Part shown: positions 45,871 to 64,000 of the stretch, piece after piece
How the letters are laid out: every line of letters starts with the position of its first letter
Numbering within the stretch: the first letter of the stretch is position 1
Assembly: GCF_009914755.1 (NCBI RefSeq)
Contig: NC_060927.1
DNA from: the human T2T-CHM13v2.0 reference genome, Homo sapiens
Direction: 5' to 3' (one strand)
Length of the DNA: 64,000 nucleotides
Translations under genes and position numbers: made by a program
The notes under the pieces: generated by a model
What the model saw: only the letters and a program-made list of their open reading frames with translations
What the model was told of the DNA's origin: nothing
Database searches by the model: none

Positions 45871-48644
45871 GAAGATGTTGTGATTTCAGTCTCAGAGTTA
45901 TGGCTGGTGTTATTAAAATATACTTAATTAGAAGGTGCGTTGTAAATTATGTTGGAAATGCTCTCCTGCTCCCTTCCTGCCCCCCCCAAATTTAAAATAT
46001 ATAAAGTAAAAAACATGATACAATTCTCCCATTACCTATTTAGACCATTACATCTTCAATACTTTGTGAGTATTCAAAGAGAATTATTAAAATGCAAATA
46101 TTCTCAGAAAAAGCAATAATGTATGTGAATTTACTACTTGTTAACAGAAAGACATGGAAGAGATGGGTGGTAAGAATAATTAAAGTCCAAGTGGGCACAA
46201 ATCTGTAACAGGCAAAATGTGGGAAATAGGTCAACAATATTTCTTCATGGTTCTCTTGGAGACCAATTAGATGACTGAGGATTCAACTATAATTTCTATA
46301 AAGAGACGACTCAGTTTTCCAATGTCTGTATCATTGCAACTTATAACTAGTATAGCTTCCAGAAGAGGTGACTAATGTAAAAACATTGAGTATTTATTTA
46401 TTAAAATAGAAAATTTTCATGTAAAAATTACCTATAGACATTTAAGCAGATAACTAAATTTCAGAAGACCCAATTTGTGTCAAGATTTTCAAAACCGAAC
46501 CAGGCTTTCATATACAGTGTAATTCTGTGTCAGTATATATAAACTAACATTTGGGGGTCTTGCTGACTTATGGGGGTCACAGTAATACACTATGCTATAT
46601 AATATATATAATACATATATTATTATGTATGCTTTCATAATATTCAATATTTGTTAAAGTTAATATATTAATATATTTTAGATAGATCCTTATAGCTTGA
46701 CCCAGGATTTTTCTCCTAAATATCATCATGGAAAATTCTATACATTTCCATTTGTTGACAATGATAAAATGATTTTTTAATTTAAATTTAAAATTGTTAT
46801 GGGTATATAGTAGGTATATATGTTTATGGGGTACCTGAGATATTTTGATACAGGATACAATATGTAATAATCACATCAGGGTAAATAGAGTATCCATCAT
46901 CTCAAGCATTTATCCTTTTTTTGTGTTACAAACATTCCTATTACACTTTTAGTTATTTTAAAATGTAGAATAAATTACTGTTGACTGCAGTCACCCTGTT
47001 GTGCTATCAAATATTAGGTCTTATTCATTCTATCAAACTATGCTTTTGTAGCCATTAAGCATTCCATTTCCCTCTCACTACCCCACTACCCTTCTCCAGC
47101 CTCTGGTAACCATCCTTCTACTCTCTTATCTCCATGAGATCAACTGTTTTAATTTTTAGCTTCCATAAATGAGTGAAAACATGCAAAGTTAGTTTTTCTA
47201 TTCCTGGCTTATTTCACTGAACATAATGACCTCCAGTTCCATCCATATTGTTGCAAATAACAAGATCTCATTCCTTTTATGGCTGAATAGTATTCCGTTG
47301 TGTATATGTACTATATTTTCTTTGTTCATTCGTGTACTGATGGACACTTAGGCTGATTCCAAATCTTGGCTATAGTGAACAGTGCTACAATAAAAGAGGA
47401 GCGCAAATATCTGCTCCATATACTGATTTCTTTACTTTTGGGTGTATACCTAGCAGTGGGATTGCTGGATCATATGGTAGTTATATTTTTAGCTTTTCTG
47501 AGTAATCTCCATACTGTTCTCCATACTGGCTGTACTGATTGACAACCCCACCAACAGTGTATGAGGGTTCTACTTGCTCCACATCCTCACCAGGATCGTT
47601 ACTGCCTGTCTTTTGGAAAAAAGTTATTTTAACTGGGGTGAGATTTCTCATTGTAGGTTTGATTTGCATTTCTTTTACAATCAGTGATGCTGAGCACCTT
47701 TCCATACACCTGTTTGTCATTTGTATGTCTTCTTGAGATGTATATTCAGATCTTCTGCCCATTTTTAAATAAGATTATTAAATTTTTTCCTATTGTTTGA
47801 GCTCCTTATGTAGTCTAGTTATTAATCCTTTGCCAGATGGACAGTTTGCAAATATTTTTCCCATAATGTGGATTGTCTCTTCCCTGTTTCCTTTGTTGTG
47901 CAGAAGCTTTTTAACTTGCTCTCATCTCATTTGTACATTTTTGCTTTGATTGCCTATGCTTAGTTTAGGCATAAACTATGTCTAAGATTTCAGTCTTTAA
48001 TCCACTTTGATTTGTTTTTTGTATATAATGAGAGATAGGGATCTAGCTTCATTTTTCCACATAAGGATATCCAGTTTTCCCAGCACCGTCTATTGAAGAA
48101 ACTGTCCTTTCCCCATTGTATGTTCTTGGCACCTTTGTTGAAAATGAGTTCACTGTAGATACATGGATTGATTTCTGGTTTTATATTCTGTTCTACTGGT
48201 ATTTGTGTCTGTTTTTATGGCATTACCATGCTGTTTTGGTCACTATAGCTCTGTAGTATAATTTGAAGTCAGGTAATGTGATTGTTCCAGTTTTGTTCTT
48301 TTTGTGCAACATGTCTTTTGCTATTCTGGGTCTTTTATGATTTCAAGTAAATTTTAGGATTGTTTTTCCATTTATTTGACAAATATCATTGGTATTTTGA
48401 TAGGGATTCTTAATTTCGTTCTTGACCTAGCCTTGGATTGGTATGGTCATTGGTATACGGCCATTCAGGAATATATTGTTCTATTTGAATGTGTTTGTAT
48501 AGTTTCTAAAATTCTTCTTGTTATTAATTTATGGTTTTATTCCATTTTGGTCAGAGAAGATGCTTGATATTATTTCAATATTTTTGAATATTTTAGGATT
48601 TCCTTTGTGGCCTAACATATGGTCTATTTTTAAGAATGTTCCAT

Positions 48645-51853
<3,209 letters not shown>

Positions 51854-54249
51854 AAGAATGTTCCATGAGCTGAGGAGAACTTGCCTTTTGCAGCCGTTGG
51901 ATGAAATGTTCTGTAAATATGTATCAGGTGCATTTGGTCTATAGCACAGATTACATCTCAGGTTTCTTTGTTGATTTCCTGCCTGAAAGATTTGTCCAAA
52001 GGTGAAGGTGGGGTATTGAAGTCTCCAGCTGTTATTGGATTGAGGTGTATCTCTCTCTTTAGCTCTAATAATATTTGCTTTATATATATGGATGCTCCAG
52101 TGTGGGGTGCATATCTAGTTGTTATATTCTCTTGTTGAATTGACCCTTTGTCATTATATAATGACCTTATTTGTCTCTTTTTATAAGTTTTGTCTCACAA
52201 TCTATATTATCTGATATTCATGCAGCTACTCTTGCTGTTTTATGCTTTCTGTTTGCATAGAATATCTTTTTCCATCCCTTTATTTGCTAGTCTATGAGTG
52301 CTTTTATAGGTGAAGCATGTTTATTGTAGGCAGTAGATATTTAGGTTTTGTATTTTTATCCATTAAGGTACTCTGTTTTTGATTGGAGAGTTCAGTCCAT
52401 TTACATTTAATGTTATTTCTGATAAGGACTTATTGCTGCCATTTTGTTTTTTGTTTTCTGGTTGTCTTGTTGTCTTCCTTCTTGTCTTCCTTGTTGTGAA
52501 ATTGATTGGTGATATGTTTTAATTTCTTGCTTTTTATTTTTTGTCTATCTGTGGTAGGCTTTTTGATTTGTGGTTCTCATGAGGCTTGCAAGTAACATCA
52601 TATAATCCACTATTTTAAACTGATGACAACTTAACTATGATTGCAAAAACAAACAAGCAAAGAGAAAAACTGATAAAAACTCTACCTTTTAACTTCATCT
52701 TGCCAGCATTTTAACTTTTTGTTTGTATTTATATCTTATTATAATTTTGTCTATGTCTTAAAAAGCTGTTGTAGTTAGTTCGTGCAACACAGTTGAGGCC
52801 TTATCATATTCCATATTTGTCTGTGTACTTATTATTACGAGTTTTGTGACTTAAGGTTATTTCTTATTGCTTATTAACATCCTTTTCTTTAAAACTGAAG
52901 TACTCCCTTTAGCATTTCTTGTAGGTCAGGTTTAGTGTTAACAAAATCCCTCAGCTTTTGTTTGTCTGGGAAAGTCTTAATTTCTCCTTCATATTTGGAG
53001 GATATTTTTACTGGATATAACATTCTAGGATAAAAGTTTTGTTTTCCTTCAGCACTTTAAGTACGCCATGCCACTCTCTCCTGGCCTGTAAGGTTTCCAC
53101 TGATAAGTATGCGGCTAGATGTATTGGAGCTCCTTTGTATGTTATTTGTTTATTTTCTCTTGCTGCTTTTAGGATCCTTTCTTTATCCTTGGCCTTTGGG
53201 AAATTGATTTTTAAATGTCTTGAGGTAGTATTATTTGGGTAAAATCTGCATTGTGTTCTACAACCTTCTTGTCCTTGAGTATTGATATCTTTCTCTGGGC
53301 TTGGAAAGTTCTCCGTTACTATCTCTTTGAATAAACTTTCTACCTGAATGAATCAGTCTCTCTCTCTCTCTCTCTCCATCCTCTTTAAGGCCAATCACTT
53401 TTAGATTTGCTTTTTTGAGGCTATTTTGTAGATCCTGTAGGCATGCTTCATTCTTTTTTGTTTTTTGTCTTTTCTATGCATTTTCACATACCTTGTCTTC
53501 AAGCTCACTAATTCTTCTGCTTGATCAATTCTGCTCTTGAGAAACTCTGATGCATTCTTCAGTTTGTCAACTGAATTTTTCAGCCCCAGAATTTCTGCTT
53601 GATTTTTTCAAAAGCATTTCAATCTCTCTGTTAAATTCATCTGATAGAATTCTAAATTCCTTCTCTGTTAAACTGCATTTCACGAGCTTCCTCAAAATTG
53701 CTATTTCATTTTTTTTTTTTTCTGTCAGAAAGGTCACATATCTCTGTCACTCCAGGATTGGTTACTGGTGATTTATTTAGTTTGTTTGGTGAGGTCATGA
53801 TTTCCTGGAAGGTCGTGATGTTTGTGGATGTTTGCCAGTGTCTGGGCATTGAATAATTAGGTATTTATTGTAGCCTTCATGGGTCAGCCTTGTTTATACT
53901 GATCCTTGGGAAGGTTTTCTAAGTATTTGAAGACTTGGGTGTTGTGATCTAAGTCTTTGGTCATTGCAGTGGTATCCGTATTAAGGGGCTCCACTCTTGT
54001 TGACTCATAGAGGTACTACCTTGATGGTCTTAGTTAAGATCTGAGATAATTCACTGGATTATCAGGCAGAATCTCTTGTTCTCTTCCTTTACTTTCCCCT
54101 AAACAAAGGTCATCTCTCACTCTATCCTGAGCTGCCTGGAATTGGAGGAAGGGGTGATGCAAGCAAGTTCATTGCCAACACCACTGGGACTGTGCTGGGT
54201 CACACTTGAAGCCAGCACACTACTAGTCCTCACCGAAAGTCTCTGGTGA

Positions 54250-55180
54250 CTATTGTCTGGGTACCAGTGATGTTTATTCAAAGGCCAAGGGTTCTTTAGT
54301 CAGCAAGTGGTGCATCCTGCCAGGCCTGGGTCCTTCCCTTTAGGGCAGTATGTTCCCTTCTGGCCCAGGGTAGGTCTAGGAATGCCATGCTGAAGCTATG
54401 GCCTGGCACTAGGAACTTTAGAAACCTACTTCATGCCATATTTTACTGTGGCTGAGGTGGCACCCACATTGCAAGCAATGTCCCTTTCACTCTTCTCTTT
54501 CCTTTCCTCAAGCAGAAGGAGCCTCTCTATCCATGGCCACCACCACCCCAAGGCCATGGCACCCACTGCCTGGTTACTGCTGATGTTTGTTCAAAGCCCA
54601 AGGGCTCCTTAGTCAGCAGTTGGTGAATCGTGCCAGAACTAGGTCTCTCCTTTCAGGGCAGTGGGTTCTCTTCTGGCTCAGGGAAGGTTGAGAAATGCCA
54701 GCTAGGAGCTAAGGCCTAAAACTGGAGGCTTTAGGAGTCTGCTTGGTGTTTTCTTTTACTGTGGCTGAGCTGATCCCCAAGTTGCAAGATAAAGCCCTTT
54801 TCACTCTTCCCTCTCCTTTCCTCAGGCAGGAGTCTCTTCCCATGGCCAACACATCTGGGAATGTGCCGGGTCACATCTGAAGCCAACATGGTTCTGGGTC
54901 TCATCAAAGGCCTGTGGCAATTGCTACTTGGCTACTGTTGATGTTTACTCAAGGTCCAAGTGTTCCTCCGTCATTAATTAAATAATCCTGCCAGGACTGA
55001 GTTCTTCCCTTCAGGGAAGCAAGTTCCCTTAAGGCATAGGGTGGGTCTAGAAATGTCTTCTGAGAGCTGGAGCCTGAAATAGGGGCTTCAGATCTCTGCT
55101 TGGTGTTTTATTTTACTGTGGCTGAGCTGGTATCCGAGTTATAAGAAAAAGTCCTCTTTACTCTTCCCTCTCCTTTCTTG
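54250..55180 (-). repeat. Three diverged ~310-360-bp tandem units in the L1MA 5' UTR
   Basis: The anchor TTTTACTGTGGCTGAG recurs at 54441, 54754 and 55111, with colinear flanks. Confidence 0.85.
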
Positions 55181-56979
55181 TGTACCCCATGTCCACTGGC
55201 TCTAAGCCCAGTACAACACCAGGACTTGCTTAGGAACTGCAGTCCTTGTGGTCTAGACTTTCAAATTTATCTGGAACCCCAGGGTACTTTAGTGTGCAGT
55301 GTTGGGTCTAGCTGGAACTCAGGTTCCAAATGCTGGGACAGCAGAAAATACCCCTCTGCCTAGGGCTGGTCTAATGGCTCTCTTTGCGGGTGCTGGCTGA
55401 ATTCTGCCCATGTTACCTTCTGCTGTGACAGGGCAGCAATGAGTTCCAATGCAAAGTCCCACAGTCACTGTGTTTTCCCTCCCCTAAGCAAACAGATTCT
55501 CTTCTTCCATGTGCCATGTGGTGCTGCCAAGGGGTGGGGGAGGGTTGGTATAGGGAATTCAAGACTGTCTTTCTTACCCTCTTCTGTGCCTCTTTGCTTG
55601 AAATAATGTTAAAATGAGGTACTATGATTGCTGACCTGATTTTTGGTTCTTATGAATGTACTTTCTTGTGTGGATAATTGTTCAATTTGGTGTTCCTGTA
55701 GGGAGGACAATGGCTGGAGAGTTCTATTCAACCATCTTGCACGAATTTATATTTTCTACTCCCGCAACTGGCTGCCTCTCCTGGCTTTGCTATCCTCAGG
55801 AATAATACCACCAGCATACTTTCTATTGTTCAAAGTGAAACCTTACATTTTCCCTTCTATACTCCATGTTCAAACAGATTCTGAGTTCCTTCACTATAAG
55901 AAAGGGTTTCGTATACTTTTTCTATTCTATTGACATTACTTTAGTTCATGCCCTAATTATCTTTTAGGTGTACTGCAATTTCTCATAATTAATATCTGTA
56001 CTTCCAATCTCTTTCCTCATGAAAGCTCCCTTACACACTGGTACATGAGAACTTTTACTAAAGCCTACATTCTTATCAAGTAGCTCCCTAGTCAAAAACC
56101 TGCAGCAACTCACTATAAAATCATAGAAAAAAGACTAATTAATATGGCATTAAAATCTTCTATTATGTGATCTCCATCTGTTTTCAGCTTTATCTCTTAA
56201 TACTTCTTTCTATAGTCATCATTCTCCAATTAATCCATTGTACTGTCCATTATCTAAGAATAGTCTACGATTTCTAATAGCTGAAATGGCTTTCTTCATT
56301 TGTTCCTGCTATAATCTTGTCCATTTCCCAAGTCTAGGCTTAAAAGTCTTTGTCTTAATCTCGTTATCTCTCCCCTCCTCCCCTGCCACTTATTTTTTCA
56401 TTTTTCTTGTCCTCTGTTCTCCCATGGAACATTCTTGCTCCTTGTTCCTTTTCCATTTATTGCATTAAGACTTACGTCGCAGTTTGGGTTTTATACATCT
56501 CTTTCCCTCCACTTAAGGGTCAAGGAAAGCGCTGCAAAGATATAACAAAGATTGAAGTAGATACTAGTATTCTGTAAATGTATTTTGGTTTGATTATATT
56601 GCACTACCAAGTATAGAAGGGTTTAGTCTAGGAGCATTACTTTAGCACTCTGGAGGTGAGAAGGATCACGCACAAATTGCTACATGTCTAGTATTTGTTT
56701 GGATTTCCTCATGGAAATGAAGAGGACATTTGTTTCCCAGAATAGTACTGTACTTCTTTAGTGTAGATAACCCATCACATTGATTTATCTGTAGGCATAA
56801 AGAGACAGACAACACAGCGCATTCTGTGGGTTAACTGGAGCACATTTGTGCTATCAGTCACAACTACAGCCTCCTCTCCTAGATGCTCTGATGTTATGTG
56901 GAACAGTGATTGGCTGGGTGGGAAGAAAGTAGGGAACCATCTCTCTTTGCCCTCAATGTCACTGAGCAGCATGGGGTGG

Positions 56980-57510
56980 TGACAGATGCTGCAGGCTACT
57001 TACTAAAAAGCACTGTCTGTTTTCTTCTTACTGTCAGAGTAAAATTCTGTCTGGGTGTCCACTTCATCAAGGGATGTCTTCCTGAGACTCAGGGGTAATT
57101 CCTGATTAAGCCACTCATGTTAATATCATTCTTCTTCCTAGAAAATTTTTCTGGGAGATGTGAGACCCAACTCTGGTCAATAAAATATGAAAGAAATTTT
57201 GCTAAAGAAGTAAGTTTATTCTTGAAGAGATGCACAAAAAAATCTGTTTGCATTTTGTTGTATCTGAAGGTGGGTGACACTTGGAGTCATGGCTCTTATC
57301 TAATGATTAGTAACAGGTGCCACCATTTGGACATTGCTGGCACCCTGAGAATTGAAAGCAAAAAGAATGAACTGGGGAACTTGATACTGTCACAAGTGCT
57401 GGGGAAACTAGACGTTAGGGTTTTTATTATGTGACAAATACATTTTCCTTATTATTTGAGCCAGCTGAGTAGGAGGGTTTCTTTATTGTAGCTGGAGCCA
57501 CCCTGACACA
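56980..57510. mobile_element. MLT1-type LTR remnant
   Basis: Ends ATACATTTTCCTTATTATTTGAGCCAG...GCAGC/CACCCTGACACA-like. Confidence 0.5.
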
Positions 57511-57831
57511 TAGGACTTCATGTTGGCATCAGGCACCTTGCTCAGGTGGCAGATGCTAATCATTGTTAGGGCTTCAGGGGGCAAGCACATTATTTCTATT
57601 GCCTGCTTGAAAAATTGTGCTGATTTATTGCTAGGTCCTGAATCTGTCATTTTTTTCATGGATCTAGTAACATGTCTTTAAAATGTACTGTACATTTCCT
57701 TTGTAATAATTATCAAACTTACAATGCCTAATATTTATCTTCTTTACTAGTTTAAAAGCTCTATGATGGCAGTGACTGTATCTGCTAGGAGAATTCCTAT
57801 ATTTACAGTAATCAGCTCAGAGCTGTCACAG

Positions 57832-57905
57832 AGGTGTTCAGTAAATAGGTACTCAGTAAGTATCTATAAGGTGTTCAGTAAATAGGTACTCAGTAAGTAT
57901 CTGTA
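57832..57905. repeat. 37-bp tandem duplication (36/37 identical)
   Basis: AGGTGTTCAGTAAATAGGTACTCAGTAAGTATCT(A/G)TA twice. Confidence 0.95.
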
Positions 57906-58612
57906 AAATGCATGAAAAAAGGAGTAAATGAATACATAGAGAACATCAAAAACATTCTCCCTGGTTATTTCTACTGCTCACACCTCCCCTGCCTTGCCTT
58001 CTTACCAATTCAGGCCTACAAAGGTATGCTGTGTCTTGAATTTTAGGAGAAGAAACAGAAAAAGGAAGGACACTATCATTACAACTACTGTTTGCTCTCT
58101 CCCACTGAGTGGAGGAAAAGAAACAAGTCTCAGAGGTAACTTACAAAATATTTTCATAGAGTAAAACTACAATCGTCTCCCATATTGCTGCTCTAAATAT
58201 TATTTAAGAAATATTATTTAAGAAATATTCAGTTATACTTTTTAAAGCCTGGTCCCCTAAGTCCAGAGCCTCTGCTATTATCTCAGAAGACTTCATTTAT
58301 TGTCTTCTGTATTGGTGGATGTGGGGACCTGGAGAGCAGGGCTCCATAGTGAAACCTTCAGGACAGCAAGATCCACAGCTCTTTCCTTTGATGTGAACCA
58401 CGTCTGCACTAACCCCTCTGTTTAAACCCAAAATGAAGCTTAGGAATAATTCAGTATAACTGAGTCGAGCAAAGATTTATCCATCAACTATTTTAAGTTC
58501 CTCATTTTTCAGATGAGGAAAATGAATGTTTCTGTCATCAAGATCAACCTTAGTCTTTTTTTTTTTTTGTCCTATAATGTAATAAAGAAGTGAATGTGGA
58601 CAGTCATATTCA

Positions 58613-60557
<1,945 letters not shown>

Positions 60558-60919
60558 TCAGCCTATTAATATTAGAATTTCTTACTAATAATAAATCAAT
60601 AATTATATGTTTTTAATGTTTTTTAAATTTAGTTTAGGCTATCATTTACTAGACCTGTGTCCTGTGAATGATGTACAGGTGTAGCTCAAAAATAGCACGG
60701 TCTAGCACAGGAAGTACCACCTTTAGACTCAGAAGCCCAGGGTCCAGCTTCAGTTTGGCTGCTCATTACTTGTTGCACATCTTGGTTTCCTCAAGCACAA
60801 ACTGAAGACAATTATCAATGTCATACTTATTTCATTTCTGAAATAATCTCTGCGATCTCAGAGTAATTTCTGAAATATCTATTTCTATAATCTCTGAAAT
60901 CTGTACAATTCTTGACAAT

Positions 60920-61110
60920 TTCCAAAGGCTTTGTATGTAGGTTATTTTTTGATCCTCAAAGGAACTCTCTATTATATTCATTTCACAGATGAGAAATCCA
61001 AAGCTCTGGCCAGTTAAGAGACTTGCCCAACTTCACATAGTGGGAAAGCAACCATTAAAATTGAGTTCCTCTCATTAAAATCCAGTTTTTCCTACCACAT
61101 CACATTAGGC
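60920..61110 (-). mobile_element. MIR
   Basis: CATTTCACAGATGAGAAA...GTTAAGAGACTTGCCCAA. Confidence 0.75.
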
Positions 61111-61531
61111 AAATATCTTGTAAACTTCAGGTGCTAAGGAAACTCAGGTCATTACTTTTATTATGAATTTTCCGTATTTCTTTTTCAGATCTATTTTTTA
61201 CTACTAGAGTGTGTACCTTTCATTTCAAGTGTGCCTGCATGCTTATGCTTATTCTTCTGTGTGTTTAGCTGAGACCCCTGGCTGGGGATCTATATAATAT
61301 TATCTCTCACTATAATGATCAGAACCAGAAACCCAATAAACTTAAAAATAAAATAAAACAGTAACAAATACATAGTTTCCATTTTGAGAATCAATTTTAG
61401 ATATTAGTCATCTAACCGATTGGTTTTTATTGTTACCCTTAAGTTCAATTTCTACTTTAAGCCTTCTTTTCTTTCCCTAAAAATTAAATGCTACTTTCCA
61501 AACTTTTCTTTCATGTGCTACAATTAATTAT

Positions 61532-61605
61532 TGCTGTGATTTTCTAATTAGTGCTACAAATTTCTAATTAATGCCGCAAATTTCTAATTAATTTTATAAA
61601 TTTCT
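61532..61605. repeat. 20-bp minisatellite, ~3.5 diverged copies
   Basis: TTTCTAATTA at 61541, 61561 and 61581, and TTTCT at 61601. Confidence 0.8.
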
Positions 61606-62429
61606 CCAATGAGTTAGAAAGTATCATAGCCAATACAAACGTATCCTACTTCAAATACACTGCATATTAATATTATAATAAATAAAAACTAATAAGCTAG
61701 GATGTAATTCAAAATAATTTACTGCAGAGGTGCTTTAAATAGTGAACTTTATGCTAAGAAATTCTGCAACTTACATTTAACTTTTCAGGACCACATTCAT
61801 CCAAATAAAAATATCATCCAAATAAATAGGTGTATAGCAGTTTCTTAAAAATTAATAAGTGTCTACAAACATTTTGCTCAATTCAAATTTCAGTCTAAAT
61901 GATAATATTTCTTATGATGTTGTCCACAGTGTGTCATAGCAGAGAGCCGACTTTATGAGGCTATATTAGGATGCTTTAAATTGACACAAGGAATGTCCCT
62001 CTGCTATATTTAAAGGTCCTGTCTAGGTCTAAAGTCTGATTCACATCAGCCCAAGGTATACCGATGGCACAGCTTACTCCTTCAACCATGAAACTAGCAA
62101 AATAATGTACCTGCAGAATTGCAATTGGAGCAATCTTTACTGATAATGAAGGGATTTCCAGTCTGGGAACAAGTATATGTCCACATACCAATCCAAGGAC
62201 TAGCGGGATTTTAACTAGTGGATGATTTACAAGAGACTAGAAATGCCATGAGGTAGCGATAGTATATTAGCCTACAAACTGGATCCAGGCTTCCCATAGG
62301 CAAAATACTTTTCTTCTGGGACAGCCGTGGATCTCTGGGTTGATCCCAGTATTAATAAACAATTCCTTTAGCCCTCTTCCATGGAGACTGTCACATCATT
62401 GTCATCACGATGACAGTAGAAGCAGCAGC

Positions 62430-62650
62430 ACATGCTTAATTTCTGTTTATTATGTGCCAGGCACGATTGTAGGCATTGCACATGAATTAACCCTATCTTC
62501 CACAATTGTCTAAGGTAGGTAATATCATTATTTCAATTTTACAGATAAGGAAACTGAGGCACAAAGATGTTACACAGTAATTAAGGAGTTGGGCCTGTGA
62601 ACCCAGTTAGTCTGGTTTCAGCCCCCTGACTCTTAATTACTACCATAGCA
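62430..62650 (-). mobile_element. MIR
   Basis: TATGTGCCAGGCAC...TTTTACAGATAAGGAAACTGAGGCAC. Confidence 0.85.
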
Positions 62651-63019
62651 TGTTGTGCACAAGTAAATTCTATGGAAATACAGGGCTAAGAATGACCAAC
62701 TTCTCATACCTGGACAGAGATTCCAGGTATGTATCAGATGCACAAATGCATCAGAGTGAGAAAGTGAGATGTAGTAAAAAGTTCAGTTTAGCCACAAAAT
62801 AAGACTTGTGGTAAGGAGATAAAGCAGGATCATTAGGATGAACCGTATACATTTTGTACCTTATATTGCAGGCATTAGGGAATCAAAGGCTATTTTAAAG
62901 TAGGGAAATGAGAATTCCAAATGTGTTTATTATTAAAATATCTCTGGTACCATGTGGAAAAAAGACTGGATATCAGGGAAAGTTGAATGATAGGAAAACT
63001 GGTATGGAATCCAATGTAT

Positions 63020-63600
63020 AACAGATGATGAGATTCTGTGGAAACACAGAAAAGAATGATCGATTCAAATGGCATTTCTGAGATGGAAATAACAAGATTT
63101 GATGACAGACTGACTGAATGGCGACAGTGAGGAAAAGGAAAGTCGGAATGCAATTTTGAAGTTTTGAGTTCAGAAGGCTGAGTAGTGACAGTGTTAACTA
63201 CACTAGAGGAAAACGGTGACAGAAAGTTTGGGGTAAGAAGATAATGAGTTCAATTTTAGGCCTGCTAAATTTAAGACACGAAGGAAACATCAGCATCTGT
63301 AGATTTAGAAGAACGATAAAAATAAGGTACTGAAACTCAAGAGAGAATTGTAGGTGGGGAGAAAGAGTAATTTATAAAGCCTCAATAAGCAAAGATAATG
63401 AGAGCCACCAGAGAAAAAACGCCATGGCCAGCATACCAAGGAACTGAAGGCAGAAAGAAGCCATGTTAGGGAAGACTGAGAGCAATGGTTAGCAGGGTAA
63501 AGGGGACATTAGAAGAAAACATAGAAGGCTAAGAAAAGTCCCAAGGATGGTGGTCAGTAGCATTAAATGCTACCGAAAAATAAAATCATAAATAAGAACT
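63020..63600 (-). mobile_element. L2 remnant
   Basis: ATAATGAGTTCAATTTTAGG and GGTCAGTAGCATTAAATGCT motifs. Confidence 0.55.
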
Positions 63601-63839
63601 TGCTACATGATCTCCCCTCTGATGCAGAAATAAGATGGTGTAAAGCTATGCTTTTCAATCTATATTACATTCCAGAATCACCAAGGAAGGCTGTTAAAAA
63701 TGTTCACCCCTACCCTCAATGATATGGATACATTACTTCTGGAGTGATTAGTAGGCTGGAATCTACAGTTTATCAACTTCTCCATAATATTTTAAAAGTA
63801 GTCAGTTAGACAACATGATGCCCATGGATACAGATTTCC

Positions 63840-63960
63840 AAGTTAGCAAGACTTGGGTTTAAATCACAGCTATGCCACTTATAAGTGATGTGAATATAGG
63901 CAATTTAATCTCTCTAGTGCTTGGTTTCCTCATCTGTAAAATCATCATTCTGAGGAGAGA
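63840..63960 (+). mobile_element. MIR
   Basis: GGGTTTAAATC...GGTTTCCTCATCTGTAAAAT. Confidence 0.75.
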
Positions 63961-64000
63961 ACCAGCTGCCCATACAGGTAACAAGGATGAATCCAAAGGG

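Noticed and set aside
54250-55180. Long repeated units as a possible novel array or CRISPR-like structure
   Set aside because: The units are diverged, colinear and lack spacers, and they sit in the 5' UTR of an old L1 in eukaryotic DNA.

Overview
Primate, most likely human, genomic DNA. It holds the 3' end of GBE1 (1,4-alpha-glucan branching enzyme) on the minus strand: the last four coding exons (exons 13-16 in the usual numbering; 185, 131, 118 and 57 nt of CDS), the 3' UTR, and about 13 kb of downstream intergenic sequence. The spliced exons give a continuous C-terminus ending ...VYIPSRVALILQNVDLPN*. The intron between exons 14 and 15 is a 35,962-bp minor-spliceosome (U12-type) AT-AC intron. 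It contains a 5' U2 snRNA retro-fragment antisense to the pre-mRNA, a ~120-bp RPS8 retrocopy, a full-length Tigger1, and a long old L1MA interrupted by a twin-primed L1PA. The rest of the window is interspersed repeats (Alu, L1, L2, MIR, MaLR/ERV LTRs, DNA transposons, CR1) and simple repeats. Almost all ORFs in the supplied track are spurious or repeat-derived. I see no evidence for a wholly new gene system. The most interesting leads concern splicing of the giant U12 intron. Repeat subfamily names come from recalled consensus motifs, not from a database search.
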